A stretch of 56,246 nt of DNA, counting the filler, from Dirinaria sp. TL-2023a (Eukaryota): the NCBI GenBank assembly GCA_051941275.1. It is 2 parts of 2 records of this genome, joined end to end, with 100 filler letters (N's around TTAATTAATTAA, not from the genome) between each part and the next. Parts side by side here need not be neighbours in the genome. Positions count along the whole stretch, not along the records: positions 28,195 to 56,246 come from JAVEBF010000130.1; 1 more part is not named here. One strand, written 5' to 3'. Every line of letters begins with the position of its first letter. The stretch's first letter is position 1. The position numbers were made by a program, and so were the translations under genes. This document shows, one piece after another, positions 36,313 through 50,166 of the stretch. The notes beneath the pieces are model-generated. The model was not told the DNA's origin and searched no databases. It was given only the letters and a program-made list of their open reading frames with translations.

Positions 36313-38448
36313 AAAGCTGCCGGCTGGCCATCCCTTCTACCTTCCCTGGGAAACCGAAGAGAATAGGGGACCCAGGGAGATCCGCGATGGGCTTGCACCT
36401 CTGCGTGGTGCCAATGACGAGTACCCTTATCTTTATAAGGGGAAACTAGGACAAGCTCCTTGGCAACAGCGCTCGGAAACAACTTGACGGAGAACAGCCA
36501 CTTAGCTTTCGTCACTGTTGCAGAAGATATGTGAAGAAAAGCGCTCCGACTCAAATGGTGACGAGTCGAAGGAAAAGAAAAATGATCAGGCGAAAAAAGT
36601 ACAAGGCCCAAGTGATTGGGAGAACCAAAGGGATTGAAGGGATGCTTAAGACCCGGTTTCCTTGAGTAAGCGTCTGAGGAAACCATGATGAAAACTCTCC
36701 TGAGCATCATCGGCGCCCCTGGATGTATAATTCCCAGTTAGCATTTTAAGTATTTAACACGACGGACTTGCACGGTCTGTTCAATTTGTACAATGAATAT
36801 CGTTTACCTTGCCTTGAAACAACAGCTCTCAGCCCAAGAATCAGAAGGCCATTTTTTCTGCCGGGAAATCAAAATCTGTCGGAAACTCCCATCCCAAATG
36901 AGACCCTGGTCATTACAGATTCTCGGTGTTTGTACTATCAGCATCTCTCTAATCATTTCTTGAACGTGGAGCTCGATTTGATGATTCCGAAAATTGGCCT
37001 TCTGGTCGTCTTTCTGCAAAACTCACTGGCAGAGGAAGACTCTGACTTTGCGTCATTTAGGCATTTCATTTTTCGACTTTCTCATTCACGGGAAGTTCTT
37101 GAGTCCATAATACACCCACAGACTTGATGCCCCGCATATCCCGAATAGCAGCGGAAGTGGGCGGAAAGCATTTAAAAAAGGTCAAGAAGGTCGAAAAATA
37201 GTTCGATGCAAGGTTATGGTTACTTGCGCATAAAGCTCTGCTTAATCAGTTCGAGATTTGATAACCGTGGTATAAAATGATAAGGAGTGAAGATTGCACA
37301 GCTCGGCTAGATGGAAGTGTTAGGTGCCGAGGTCCAGAGCATCAGGTTTATCGATGTCACGTGGTGTGTGCATTTAAGGCCATTAATGCTACTGTTGCGC
37401 ATGTGAGCACGTGTGCATTTTCACCCGGAGGTCGCTCCGCATATTGTTGTGTGGCCTTGTCACCATGGCATTATCTCCCCAAATAGCACTTCCGATTCAC
37501 AGTTATCACTATGTGTGCTCCTTTCCAGTATGTATTCACTTCCCAATGCGATTTGGCAATGGTTTGGTGTTCTGTGTGGGACGAGTATACAAAGTATCTC
37601 CACCACTCTCTTCTGTTTACACATTTGCTTTGAAATCGTACTCGATATTGCATGACGACATGATTTTTCACCCTTCCAGCCAATTTATATATCAGCCAGT
37701 TAGGTAAATGGATTGGCGCTAGAGGCTGCAATTTTTTATGCTATGTAAGCTTTCTATATAGTCGCCAATGGCGCCGGCTAGAGGCGACGACCAAACCTCA
37801 CATGTGATTTTTGACAATAATAATGCTAGTCCCATGGGACATCGAAAGGTCTTCACCCTTTTTGGACGATTCATCATTGTGTCGTGGCCGCATGGTGGGC
37901 TCTCATCGCTCTCTTTAACTGTCCGGCACAATCGCTCCCGAGTTTCTCAATCATGATGCGATTCTGTTCCTCGAATCAGCGGGTAATCGCAAAAGCGGCT
38001 AATTAAGATTCGTAAGGTACAATCTTCCGTCTCGGAGACTTGCATGGTTGGTGCCGCATCTATGCACCTTCCAACACCTTCGCAAAGCACGCACATTGTA
38101 GATAGTCAATGGTATGGTCGTCCAATTCCAATATGCTGATTTCTGGCATGATATGGAACAGAAGGAGCTTGTAAGGCTTTGCTGGATTGAAGTCATTGGC
38201 TCATGGTCGCCTATAAGCAGTAAGGGGCTGCGCGCTTTGGGTAGGATTGTGGTTGCCTGGAAGCCTCGTTACAAACTTATCCGCTTCCAGGATTGTTCCA
38301 ATAAGCGATTACATCCTGATCTAACGTCGCTCCTAAGACAATTCTTTCCAGTCTTCGTTCCCAAGAGAATTAATATATTATTCTAAAGTGTCAGTGAATT
38401 GGCGACGAAGACCCCTACTTGTGCCTGGCAGTATCATCGGAGACTCAG

Positions 38449-39288
38449 ATGGCTTCCTACCGAAGTCATGCTCGACTCTTAGGCTCGTTGATAACAGTCG
38501 CTTCTAGCACGCTCTGCTACGCAGCTGTCGTCCAGCCCATCGCTTCAATCGTCCGTCATGAGAATTTGACATCTTTCGATCTGCCTACCAATGTTACCGC
38601 GGGCGACTATCACTGCACCAGGTCAAAGGACTGGATAAATCCTGCGTTCGAGCCAGTTGACTGTCAGTCCGTGATCGACAAGTTTCGAGATTACGAAGAG
38701 AAGCGACATGGACATGATGAATACGAGTTCCTCTTCAAAGGAGCACAGCCGGAGAGAAGTGATCTGAGGCTCCAAGTGCTGCCCCGACGATATAGGTCAA
38801 GTCAGTGCTTCATGTTTAAGCTGTCCCTTGTTCTGCAGTCCAAAACAGACGATTTCCAGCATCTAACGAAATAGACTCCTGCGTAATGACCCTGGTGATG
38901 TTGGCAGATCCAAGGCTTGTAAATGTAAGGCTACTCCTATCAGCTCATAGTCGAACCAGTCTCAGATATTTGGAGGTGGAGGGTCGCAGTGCTCTACCCA
39001 ACTATTACCCCAGAACCGACACCAGCTCTTATTACGACATCTGGAGTCAATCGCTCGTCTTGCTTGAAGGTTGTATGGCAAGCTTTAGCATTCCAGGAAT
39101 GATAACAACAGGTAAAGCTCCTGATGCAGATTCGAAAACTTACCGCCGTACGTGTTGTCGAGCTGCCGATGGCTGACATCAAATTAGGGCACAGACACAG
39201 CATTGGTGTTTTCATGATTGCTACCGGCTCCAAAATCGACAAACAGATTGCTCCAGGAGGTTTCCCGGATCTTATAACGACATCGTAG
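38449..39288 (+). CDS. Small secreted 4-Cys protein (effector-like, unknown family)
   Basis: Signal peptide, then C..W..DC..LP..SC..D.SSY.DIW..C..PG..IGVF. GT-AG introns are present, one internal junction is uncertain, and the stop is at 39286-39288. Confidence 0.72.
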
Positions 39289-41114
39289 CTTTTTCGGGCA
39301 AGGAGTAAGCATGTAAGATTGTCCTTGCGAGAGAAAAGAGCCAGTTCATGGCGTTCAGATCAGGACAATCAATGTAGAACCGAATCTACTTATTCGACGA
39401 TTCTTTTGACCCGTGTGATCACTCAGTGAGCGGTCCCGCTATCCGATTGACTGACCCTGTCGAACCGAGATATCGGATTCAAGTCGAGCCCAAGATGTGA
39501 ATTTGAATATATCTCGCAGTCAGTCTATTTAACGAGCTACATTCATCTCGCGCTTCGCTCATTTGACTCCGACTTCATTTACGAAGATAAGATAAGGTGT
39601 TTTCGATCCAAAAGTCCAACCCTATTCTAGCCCTACTATTGGAGACTTTGTAGACTCTCAGAGCCACAGGGTACCTTTCAAATGTCATCCACTCAATCAT
39701 TGATAATTGAGTGCTTTTGATGAACGGATGTGTTGGAAATTGATCCTTTTGATGGCACTGAGGATGGAATTGCCAGGAGGATTTGGCCCCTTAAAATCAA
39801 CATAAACATGCCAAGACGCTAGATTTAAGCGAAATCCCAACAGCATGCTCTTAGCAATTTGAGCTCCTGGATTCGTAGATATTAGAAATACTCGACGCAG
39901 TTGTTTTCTAATACGTATACTCAACGCAGCTCGGGATTCTATGCAAGAGTCATTGGAGTTAATCATTGATTGGAAACCTTCAATGACAGAAACCTACAGA
40001 CTGTCGCTATTCCCTGATATGAGCGCGACTATCTTCGAAATTCGAAACATGCATGTATGCCACGACAGGGATCATTATTAAGATGCCAGACTCATTACCG
40101 TCATCCTTGTTCTAAGCAAGGATCTAAACCTGCTAAGAAACTTCCTCGCACTGTTAGTTCATCGATTGACCAGAATTACATTCTAAAGTAAGATTAAGCG
40201 CGTTACGCCGATTGTGACCACGATGTCATTCAGCAACAGTAGCGGCCAACGATATTGGAGGCGGAAACACTCGATTCATGATCTTACGAGTGCTCACTCT
40301 AGTGAGCTCATCGTACATGCATCATATTAGACAGAAGGCGTCGTCCTGCCTCCGAACTTCAGTATTAAGTTGTCAACGATTCGTTTTGATCTCTTGCAGT
40401 GCACACAGACGCTTGTCCGACTGCATTATTAGGCCAGCAGCAGGAAAGAGTTCTGGAAAGATGATCAAGTACACGCAGTCTCTATGGTCAGAAGTCTATG
40501 TCAAATTTTACTTGTAAGTTACGAACGCTTCTCATGCCGCTTTTCAGGATCGTATGAGCGTAATCACGCTGATTAGCGCCATGCAAGTGTTTAGCTCTCT
40601 GTTCTATATCAGCATTACTGATGCTTGAGCGTGCAGCTGTCAGGCTCAACCTAAATTATTGTCCTATGTTGCGGCATCAGTAGCGGCTTCCTGATGCCAA
40701 TCAGTGTTTTGATGCACAGATGCCAGCCGCTGCGGCAAGGGTTTGTTGTTGTACGGTACGGAACACCCGTTCCGGAAGGACGATAAACCCCAAGTATTTC
40801 GTCCGCCTCATTGCTCTTTTTGAATCTAGGGATGCGAGTAGTAGAGCGCCGGTCCACGGAGAATCCATCCTTGATAGCTCACATTAGCCGCTGTGCCGAA
40901 ACGTGCTCAATTAAGGATGGCGCTCCAAGCTCAGAGAGTGGTAAACTTCTGGGGGATCCGTGTCAATCTTGTCGACTTATTTGATCGCCCACTGCCATGT
41001 ACAACATGGTACAATAACTGGTTTTTGGAGGAAACGCAGCGCTTTTGATCTTTTTTACCGCAAGCGTCAGAGATAGCGACCTTCTCTAGTCTTTACAACC
41101 TTCCTACTTCGCAG

Positions 41115-42588
41115 ATGGCTACCCAAGTCACCTACACCCTGACTTTTCCACCAACACCCGGACTCGATCCTCCCTCTGGCGTCGAATCAACCTTTCATCA
41201 GCCATATACTCTATTACCCTATGCCGAATTGACAATAGCACTATGCGCCATCATTACAACCTTCTTAATGGCAGCGCGCCTCTACGTTAAGATCCATATC
41301 GTGAAAAAGCTCCTATGGGAAGACTTCACTTGCATTCTTGGATGGGTAAGTCTGGTATCAAGGACGATGGAAAGCTGGGCCGAATACCATGCAATCAGTG
41401 TTGCGCCAGCTTTCACAAATTTGACTACATTCATACATGCTTTCAAGTCTAGCCAGCGAGGCATCTTGCTCAGATGTTAGTGCTATGACTGACGCTCATT
41501 ACACCTAGCTTGCCTGCCTGGTGTTTGTCGGTCTGAATTGGCAAGCTGAAATTTATGGGGAAGGGACACATCAAGGGAATCTCACTATCCAGAATGTTCA
41601 AAATTTCTCTCGGGCATATTCGATTATGTAATTTACTCAAAGTTTTGGCCATGGTCGCTGATTGATCAGCAGATTTCTGATATCGCCGATATGTTCGTCT
41701 GCATCGCATATGGTAATGTCAAAGTATCGATTCTGCTGCTCATTCTTCGTATCTTCCTTGTTGTCAAACGTAGCCGGATGTACTGGTCAGTCGCCGCTGG
41801 GATCTTCAATGAGACGACAAAAATGTTGATGAATGCTGTCCAGATTCACCGTGTTCTGGATTTTCGCCAATGCAAGCTATTACACAGCCGCCTTCTTCGT
41901 CAATATTTTCGCATGCGCACCTCGAACAAAGATATGGAAAACGGATACCCCTGAAACATGCTTGAACATCAAATTCTTATACATATCGTCTGCAGTTTTC
42001 AACCCAGTCTCCGATATTGCTATGCTCGTTGTTCCGATCATTACGGTCTGGCAACTGCAAATGTAAGTCAATTTCGAAGCGCAGTGTGTCAATCCCAGAA
42101 TCTCTGTCAATGCAGCGATCGGATTCAACAGAATGCCGCTAAGTCGTTTCTTCCCAATTGCTCGATGAGGGAGTTCTGATTTTATCCTTCACTCAGGAGC
42201 TCAAAACGTAAATCCGGGATAATTGTAATCTTTGGAACGGGCGCTTTCGCAACGATATTGGCATGTGTACGCATCTACTTTCAACTGAAGCTGCTTCACA
42301 CGAAGGGTGTTACGTCTGTGCATATGCAGACCGGAGTACTGGGGTATGTATTCTTCCACAATGATATTCTATGAATTATGACAGACTCATTCAACTTCCT
42401 GCAGATTTGCAGAAGTCGGCTGCGGCGTGATCTGCCCCTGCCTGCCTCTCCTCCCTCTCTTCTGGCACCACCTCACGAGCGTCGTTACCGCTAGCCGCGG
42501 CATCCATCTGGACGACATTAAGCAAACCAATCGAAGCATCCACGAATCCTACGACCCGAATAACTTGTCCAATGTTGGAACTGGATGA
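41115..42588 (+). CDS. PTH11-like (fungal rhodopsin-domain) 7-TM GPCR-like protein without CFEM
   Basis: Motifs PPSGVES, ARLYVK..WEDF, VKVSILLLILRIF, IFACAPRTKIW..C, NPVSDIAMLVVPI..VWQLQM..RK and EVGCGVICPCLP are present. Six exons; one donor appears to be GC. Confidence 0.82.
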
Positions 42589-44282
42589 AATTGGATGATG
42601 GAGGCATCGCGCCAATGCCGAACGTTCATGGCGTTGCCAGGATGCCGAGCGATGAGCAGGCCCTTGCGCATGCTGTTGCCAGCGTTTGATGGACCTCGTG
42701 GGTGGAAATTGTGGGCAAGATGGAGAGGGGGTGCCACTGATGGGTGAAGGGTAAACGAAATCGGAGACTGTACAAACAAGTGGCTGACAATGTTTTAGGG
42801 AGGGCAATGGATGACATAAGAAGAAGAGACAGGCCCCAAAAAGGGGTCTCCCCTGCTTGGCAAGTGGAACAGCACACAGTTTACGCAGTAGATTCACACT
42901 TAAAGTACAAAGAGCTTGCCATGGTTTGTATCGGGATCATCAGCAACCTTAAGATCATTCCCAGAATATGAACAAGTCAGAGGCAAAAAGACCAAAGTTT
43001 TTCAAAGCTTTCCCCCCTCTCTCAGATCTCACTAAGTCGTGGATTTTTTCTCTCTATTATATCCACACTACTAACTCTCAAATGCCCAATGCTGCTCGAC
43101 ACCTCTTCGTCCCCCGGAATACTAATGAACAGGACTCCAGGTAGAACGAATATGCGCCCCTCCGCTGCCTCGGCCGCGCAAACTAATCTTGTAGGTTTCG
43201 CTGAATCTTTTATCGAGATCAACAACTATCAATGAGAGCAGACGTCGAGATGAGTTGAAAATCGCGCTCTAGTCAACTTACCTAGTTAGTACTAATCAGA
43301 GTACATTAATTATGCAACTCGGTCTACGAAAGTTATACAGGGGTTCAAGGAGACCTCAGGAATCATTATGGCGTTCAATAGTTTCCAAAAGAAACTTTTG
43401 GCAAGCATATGGATTCGGCAGGTTCGTGGTTGCTTTCGCGATATCTGGCGCCAGCCATGATACAGTACGCTAATCAGCGACGTAATTCTTTGCCGGCAGC
43501 AAACAATGACACAGCACAATAATCAAAAAAAAAAAAAAATTCCCATTTGCATCCAGCATGAATGTCCTTCGCATCAAAGTACAGTTTCAAGACGGTTTTC
43601 TTTGTCTCGCCGAAGGGCGCTTGCCAGCATTGTTCTTCGAATTATCGGCAACGGATATTAGCTATATGTGGACCCGGTTACTCCTCTGCCATTTGTCAGT
43701 GCAGTCAGGTATCGCCCTGCTCTTCCTCAACATTACTTACAAAAATAGCTAAACCGAAATATCCTATGCATTAAGTCTGAGCCTCATTGCCTACAAGTTA
43801 TGACCAACAACCGATTTCCTCTTTCACATTCAAATTTTTACATCGACAATCCTTAGCTTGACCTCTTGAAGTAGCAAAGAGTAAGCTCAGCTAACCCTGA
43901 TATCGCGAGTTCTTTGTATGAAAAGCTATGAATTACTCAAAAGGTATAGAGATCACCATACTCTAAATAAGCGGGATGGCGTCGCTATCGTGTGATCTTC
44001 ACCAGAGATGCAGAACGTAACCGGACAATTTTAAACATGAAGCTGGAACCGGCGGAGACAATCTCCCGGTGGATCTGGTTTGTTACTTCAGTATGGACAG
44101 CACAATTGGTAAATGTAATCAGCAGACAGCCTCTTTCAGACCGTCCTATCCGTGAGAGGTTTTCGGTCATTGAAGATCAAAAGATCTGATCAACGCTGAT
44201 AAAAGGCATCTGGCTTGGCGATTGTGCCAATCTAAATGGAGCCGTGGGATTCTGAGTTGGATTCTCACATCGCTCTAGACAC

Positions 44283-44972
44283 TCATATCCGCTGAGGTTG
44301 TTCATGTGACGAACAGTGCCGCTTGCACGGAGGTTCGTCCCCGCTGCTGGTTCCGGCTTCTGAAGTGCCGCTTTCCACGGCCTCGGGTTCCCTCCATTCG
44401 CTATTTTCGTCCTCGCCAGCTAGAAGTCTCAATATTCCCAGGTTCATGCCGGCAGTCACACTAATCTCAGCCGCATCCTGTGAATCGACTGAAGTAACGC
44501 CTGGCGGTAAAATAGTGACCGAATACCCTGCAACGTAACCTCTTCTTGCTGCGCTGAGCATATTTTGAGCGAATATGGCAATGATTCGCCATGGCACGGG
44601 AACAGATTGAGCCGAGAGTGTCAAGCTCAAGGCGCCGAGCCGCAAAATCAAAGACGTGGGAGGATCCAGAGTCATCATACTCGAGATTGCTTTGTTGTAT
44701 ACTGCCTGATAGAACTGCTCTAAGGCGGCAGCCGATGGGCCTACGGGGACATAATTGGTGATGTCGCTTTCTGCTCTTAAATGTATGGTCCAACCTCCAG
44801 TCAGTGTTCGAGAGTAGAAGCAAAATGGGGACCAAGAACTTGATGCACCAGCGTTTACGACAGAGCTACTGCTCGGATCTGTAGGGCTGCAATCAGCGGG
44901 TAAGATTCCACGGCTGCAAACGATTAGAGCGACAATGACCGCAACTCGAAGCTCATGGCCGGAAAAGATCAT
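44283..44972 (-). CDS. Secreted protein of unknown function, 229 aa
   Basis: Single-exon ORF with a hydrophobic signal (LRVAVIVALIVCSRG), a coherent body (VPVGPSAAALEQFY..LGALSL..VPWRIIAIFAQNML..RGY) and an acidic tail. Confidence 0.72.
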   Translation of the reverse strand: MIFSGHELRVAVIVALIVCSRGILPADCSPTDPSSSSVVNAGASSSWSPFCFYSRTLTGGWTIHLRAESDITNYVPVGPSAAALEQFYQAVYNKAISSMMTLDPPTSLILRLGALSLTLSAQSVPVPWRIIAIFAQNMLSAARRGYVAGYSVTILPPGVTSVDSQDAAEISVTAGMNLGILRLLAGEDENSEWREPEAVESGTSEAGTSSGDEPPCKRHCSSHEQPQRI

Positions 44973-45792
44973 GTTCTTTCACCGACGTGACGGTTGTAAG
45001 ATGTCTTTCTATGAAAAAATGGCATTTCTGAAGCATTTTCGAACTTTGGAATCGATAAATGGCTGATTTCGTCATATCCTCATCCCCAGAGCTGTTGTCG
45101 CGTGTCGCTTCTGTATGAGGCTTTCGTGAATATGAAGAGTCGATTAGAGCGCTTCAGAGACTTAGGCTCAATCGACTTCTGGGTCTGAGCGCATCATGCT
45201 GAACTTATACTGCGCATGAGCTGTCACTGAAAGTCACAAGAGACCCACGCAGTAGCTCTTCTCATCTTGAGCTGCGATCACAACGCAGCCTACATCCTAT
45301 GTTGGGCCCACGGGCAAGTTCTGCGTGTAAGAACTTGAACAGCCTTAGATTCTTTACATCTTAGAATGAGAAGTCACAATATTACTGTGATGGCATCCGG
45401 AGCACTCTCGCGATGAATGGAATGCTCCGAATACTGGTCTTTGTTGAGCCCGCAATAGAAAGTCCGAAATAGCGACCTTCTGAGGGTTTGGGGATGGATA
45501 TACTGTCCAATTTCTGACTCCAGGCTTTTTGTTGTCGTTATCTCCTTGACGAATTTGACTCATAATTTTACATTCAAAATTCATTGACAACGCTGTAACA
45601 GCAGTTAGATAATCGCGAAGCCTTAAAGCGACATTGTGGAGTCTATCAGATCTCTAATGTGTTCACAGTTTTTTAAGAACCTTGGGCTACAAGTCACGAA
45701 TAGACTTGAGTCATTGTCAATTATCGCGACTCGAACGTAGGCATTTGAATATTGAGTATGATCTGTCGTCTATCTCAGAATGTGACACATAA

Positions 45793-46358
45793 TGTTAAGT
45801 TACTGTAGATCTGAAAAAACCTTCACCACCACTAACAAAATGCTCCCACTGCCGCTACACCACTCTTTCTCCCTAATTGCTACTCATTCTCGCGTGATTA
45901 TGCATTTCATCTTTTTGATGTCTCGAGCTTTAAAAGGTTATCGATCTTCTCTTGCTCTGACAGAGTGTGAGAGTTTCAAGCAACGATGATTTCAGGAGAT
46001 GACGATGAATTGTTTCATCACGAACGTGTCATCGTCAAATAAGCAAATAGTTAAAGCATATTGAGAGTTTACGATAAAATATTTTGACAGAGACATTGAT
46101 AGATGAAAAACAATAAGCGAGGATGGCGGCGTGAGCAGCAAAAGTGAAGGTGGTGTGTCAGCAAAGTAGGGTGGTGTGGCGATAGTGATTGCCCTGCCAA
46201 AATTGCCAAGTTATTTGACAAAAGTGATTAGACTGTAGATGAGTCAGCGGACTACGGGTATTATTCACTGCCCACAAAATTCTTCCTTTAATTTTAGGCA
46301 ATTGAGCACCAGTACACATATAGGTCCAATTTACGTCAAAAATCATCTAAATCTGACA
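45793..46358 (+). mobile_element. Ty1/copia relic: LTR-like fragment, PPT-like tract and 3' LTR (46156-46358)
   Basis: The LTR is bounded by TGTCAG...CTGACA and ends ctaaatctgaca like the other LTRs, preceded by the purine-rich gaaggtggtg. The sequence tcaccaccactaacaaaatg near 45823 resembles the 16495 LTR. Confidence 0.6.
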
Positions 46359-47075
46359 GTCATTGCGTACGTCGAATGTTCCATATTGCGCAGTCATCTA
46401 CAAGAGAAACATCATTCATTATTGATTCCATGGCCGGAAACTTAGACAGCCAACCGAGAGAGAGGAGCTGTAACTGGATGAAACCTGGCCAGGAGGCTGG
46501 AACATAGACCGTTGGTAATTTTGTTTATTCCAATATTTTTTTTGTGCCGCCGGGGCCGGGGCTAGAGAAGTTTAATAGAAGCAAGCACGTCCGACTCATC
46601 ATTGAAGTGTGTTATTGCTTCTCTATCAGGTTGCAGTCTCCACTTAAGTTCACTAAGGTAGGCTTCTTGGAAACGAAATACATGTCAGACCTTCGCCATT
46701 GAACTATAACATCTTACTAAGCTATTACAGCGACACAGCGCTACGCAGTCAAGTTCCATCCTGGCACCAAAGTTGCTCGTTATGTCGCTTCTTGGAAACG
46801 CAATGTCTGTTATCCAGATACAGCATCATTTCAAGACATAGGTGGCCGTGCTTTTCGGATTGGTCAATGTTTGATTTGCTCCTCTGCGCCCGACGACGGC
46901 GGATGATTGCGTAACCCATGGATGAGAAATATAGGAGGAATATGGCTATGCATTTCAATCTAGATGGTGGATACGATGGGTCCAGCTTGGCCACTAGAAA
47001 TGCAGAATCCGTCAAATCACTTGGCATGGTGATGAAGTCAGCTTTCTACGGTGAGACTCTCGACCACCGATCACA

Positions 47076-47822
47076 TCATGCAACATCCATCGCTAGAGCC
47101 CCGATTGTGTTCTCTTTCACCACCATCTCGTTTGCCCAGTTGAATCTCATCTGGCTGCCTCGTGGAAGAGCGAATACCGCGATTTCATCATTGACTGTTA
47201 TCCACCCGCTCCTGGGTGGAGATCCTTTCGGACACGCATTTAGCATGTCAGTACTGACGGCGAAAATATGTGGCCATGTAGATGGCGAGAACTTCTTGCT
47301 TTGCCTTGTGTCAAACGTGTGACTTTCATCAAGGGGGAAAGTGTGGGAATCGAAGTCCTTGACCATCCGAACTAGGAAAGTGCAATCACCTACAGGCTCA
47401 ATCCACGTCAGTCTCTATCTTAAAAATTACCTTTAATTTTTGTTCTTGCGGATACTGATGGTCAACTTATAGTTACTATACGATTGCTTACCGGTATCTG
47501 CATGGTTTGGTAGCCTCCACGGCCGAGGAATCGTTGGCGGCGGTCTATCGCTATTCGTACCGCTCCAGAAGACGTATGCGTTATCCTGGGGTACTCTGGC
47601 CCTTAACACATTCAACGCCTCCAAGCAATCTTGATAATTAATCTTGCCCCGCCAATCGGCCCAAATATCTTCTGATACACAGTATGCTCTAACTTTAGGA
47701 AGGGTCAAGACCGTCAGATTGAGAGAGGCTGGCTTCGCAGCTGTCGCGAAAGAAGCCGCACTTCCCAAAAGAGTGAGATCAACAAGCAAGAGCAGATAAA
47801 AAAGACTGCGATAAGTGCGCAT
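47076..47822 (-). CDS. Small secreted 4-Cys protein, same pattern as the 38449 gene
   Basis: Signal MRTYRSLFYLLLLVDLTLLGSAA. Exon 1 is 47822-47492, the intron is 47491-47390, and exon 2 is 47389-47076. Pattern C..W..DC..LP..GDC..STW.HI..C..GW..IAVF. Confidence 0.8.
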
Positions 47823-48609
47823 TGTGATTCGACAAGGCAAGAGATCACCGGACACGGTAGACGGCTTTCAATCAAAGCATCAAGGCGAGAGATTGATACA
47901 ATACATGATGCTCTCACGTCTGCTTCTGTAGTTGTGAGGTTCTCTTTCGCGACCAATTTCTAAGGACCGCTTTTATACATTACTTTCAAATAGAATAGGC
48001 TATTTGAAAGGCCGTTTCAAGCGAGCACGGGATGATGCCGGCAGATAAAACCTTGAATATTGAGGCAATGGCGCGGGTATCGTCGCCGCACGGGGTCGCA
48101 GGATTGTCAGTGATAAATTCGCTATCCATATTTGTGAACGCAGAAAGCATGTCTGGAGCAAACTTTCGAGAAATGAGCTGGCGCTCTGCAAATATAAATA
48201 CAGTCCTTTCGCTGATGCTCGTCTCCATACTCTATTCAAGGTAGTCTACGTGTCGCGGGTGGACATCTGAGCTCCTGCGCATAAGCGGATGGAAGGCGTG
48301 GGAGCTCTACTGGTCGGAAGACATGAGCGGCTAGATCCAGCCGTTGTAACCGATTATACGAGAAAAGATAAGTTCACCCCAAGAGTTGCTCAGGCTATTG
48401 TTACTGGTCAACATCCCGCCCTAGTCAAAGCCGGGTGGGATACCTGATTCAAGAAGGTCTGGTCTTCTTGTGTCACTGTACGCAGTAGCTCCTGACTTGC
48501 GATCTTGGATGAGAATCACAACTTTGGCTTTTCAAAGCAGACTGGCTATCGAATGCAGCTGAAGATCAAAAGTTCACAGCCTTGTCTGAGTGGTAACATC
48601 CTTTTTATT

Positions 48610-49712
48610 ATGTGGAGCTGTGTGGCATATCTTAGTCTACTGCCCATAGCAAGAGCGTTGGCTGTGCCCTCGTCCTCAATGTTGAATCTTTCATCGCTAA
48701 ACGATACCTTCACTGTTGTAGGCAATGTCAGGTAATAGTTCATGTTATACGGCAGTTCAAATGACTTACCCATGGCAGCACTCCCATCCATCTCGGGCTT
48801 CCACTAGCCCCAGGCACACAAACACTGAACCTTTTTAATGTTCTCTGGCACCAAGGAGACAGCATCCAGTCCACTGAAGCAGTTCATGTCTTCTATAACA
48901 TCTTCATTGCAATATTGGCCTGTTGGAGAACACCACTCGATCACCCTCTCGACCAGACTGTCGCAATTTCAACGCAACGTTATAACTTCATCAAGATCGC
49001 TTTAGTCCCAGGATCTACCAGGCTGGCCCACAGGTACTTCAAACCCACTGTCGCAGGTGCGCTTTTGTGGCGCACGCTGCATCTATGTCTGGACAAGGAG
49101 CCGGCTTGGTGGTCTGCTAGTTTGGTCACGAGGAGCCGGACGCCAGAAACCGTGGGGCTGGTCCGGACTGAAGCGCGTGTAACGAATTCGTCCGCGTCGA
49201 AAGTTGAGTCGGTTTCTCTAAGCACATCAGCGGCGAACGGAAACGAGGAAGATATTTTTACAGATTCAAGCAGGATTTCCAATATAACTTCGACACACGA
49301 TATCTCAGAGCAGATCAATTTCCTTGGCCCACTGGAGGTCGAAACCCCACGCGATAATTGGCTCAAAGCTTTTTTACTGTGGAGCTCGGAAATACTCACC
49401 GCCAAATCAGCGCCTACCGAAGTCATCATGACTGTCAGTCCTGACATAATTCGGCAGGTTCGATTTCCCATGGCCGTAGGCGATTTCAACCTTATCTTCC
49501 AAGCCAAAGCCGGAGATCGACTTGCAGCTTCCTCCCTGACCTACGATGAACTCTTTCGCGGGATGCAAGATATCCTCGGACTTGTTATAGCGACCTCACA
49601 GTATCAGCTGCTAGATGCCAAGATCTACAAGGACGGTTGGGAGGTTGCGACTTTTCGTGTCTTTTTTGAGCCGGGCCCAGACTCTAGTGGATCGAATGCT
49701 GCGATCGCGTAG
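48610..49712 (+). CDS. Secreted protein of unknown function, about 350 aa
   Basis: Signal MWSCVAYLSLLPIARALA. An intron at 48732-48778 joins in frame to the 48915 ORF. It is divergent from the 47822 gene. Confidence 0.75.
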
Positions 49713-50166
49713 TGATACAGCCTTTGCAAAATTTCGGAGAGTAATCCTTAGTTGCTTATGTCTCAGGGCCTAATCTCTCAGAGCAAGCCTTTAAAGCTGT
49801 CAGCAAGTTATAGATTATACACTAGACTGATGACATGTGAATTTGTATAGAAAAGAGGACCTTGTTTATGGATGATCCTATATGGAGTGTGAATTCAGTA
49901 AGGGCCAGCTTCTAAAGGGTCCCATGGTGACCACCAAGGGGATATAAAATGGAAATGCGAAAGCCATTCCTCCACTCTGGAGCAGCTACAGCCGTGACTT
50001 GAACATTGATATTTGCTAATAGAATCAGATCCTCGACCTTCCTCCACAGCGGACCCTTTAACGTGCTAGGAGACAATTCGCACAAATTAGGGCCTCACGA
50101 TGAGTTTGAGCGATATGTGCCTCCTGACTAGGCTAAGAAGCGCATCTTTAGAGAACGTTTATCTTG

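Noticed and set aside
45715..45787. 73-bp TGTCA...TGACA segment with a GTTCGA-like motif on the minus strand (tRNA or mini-LTR)
   Set aside because: No cloverleaf stems, no TSD, and too short to classify.
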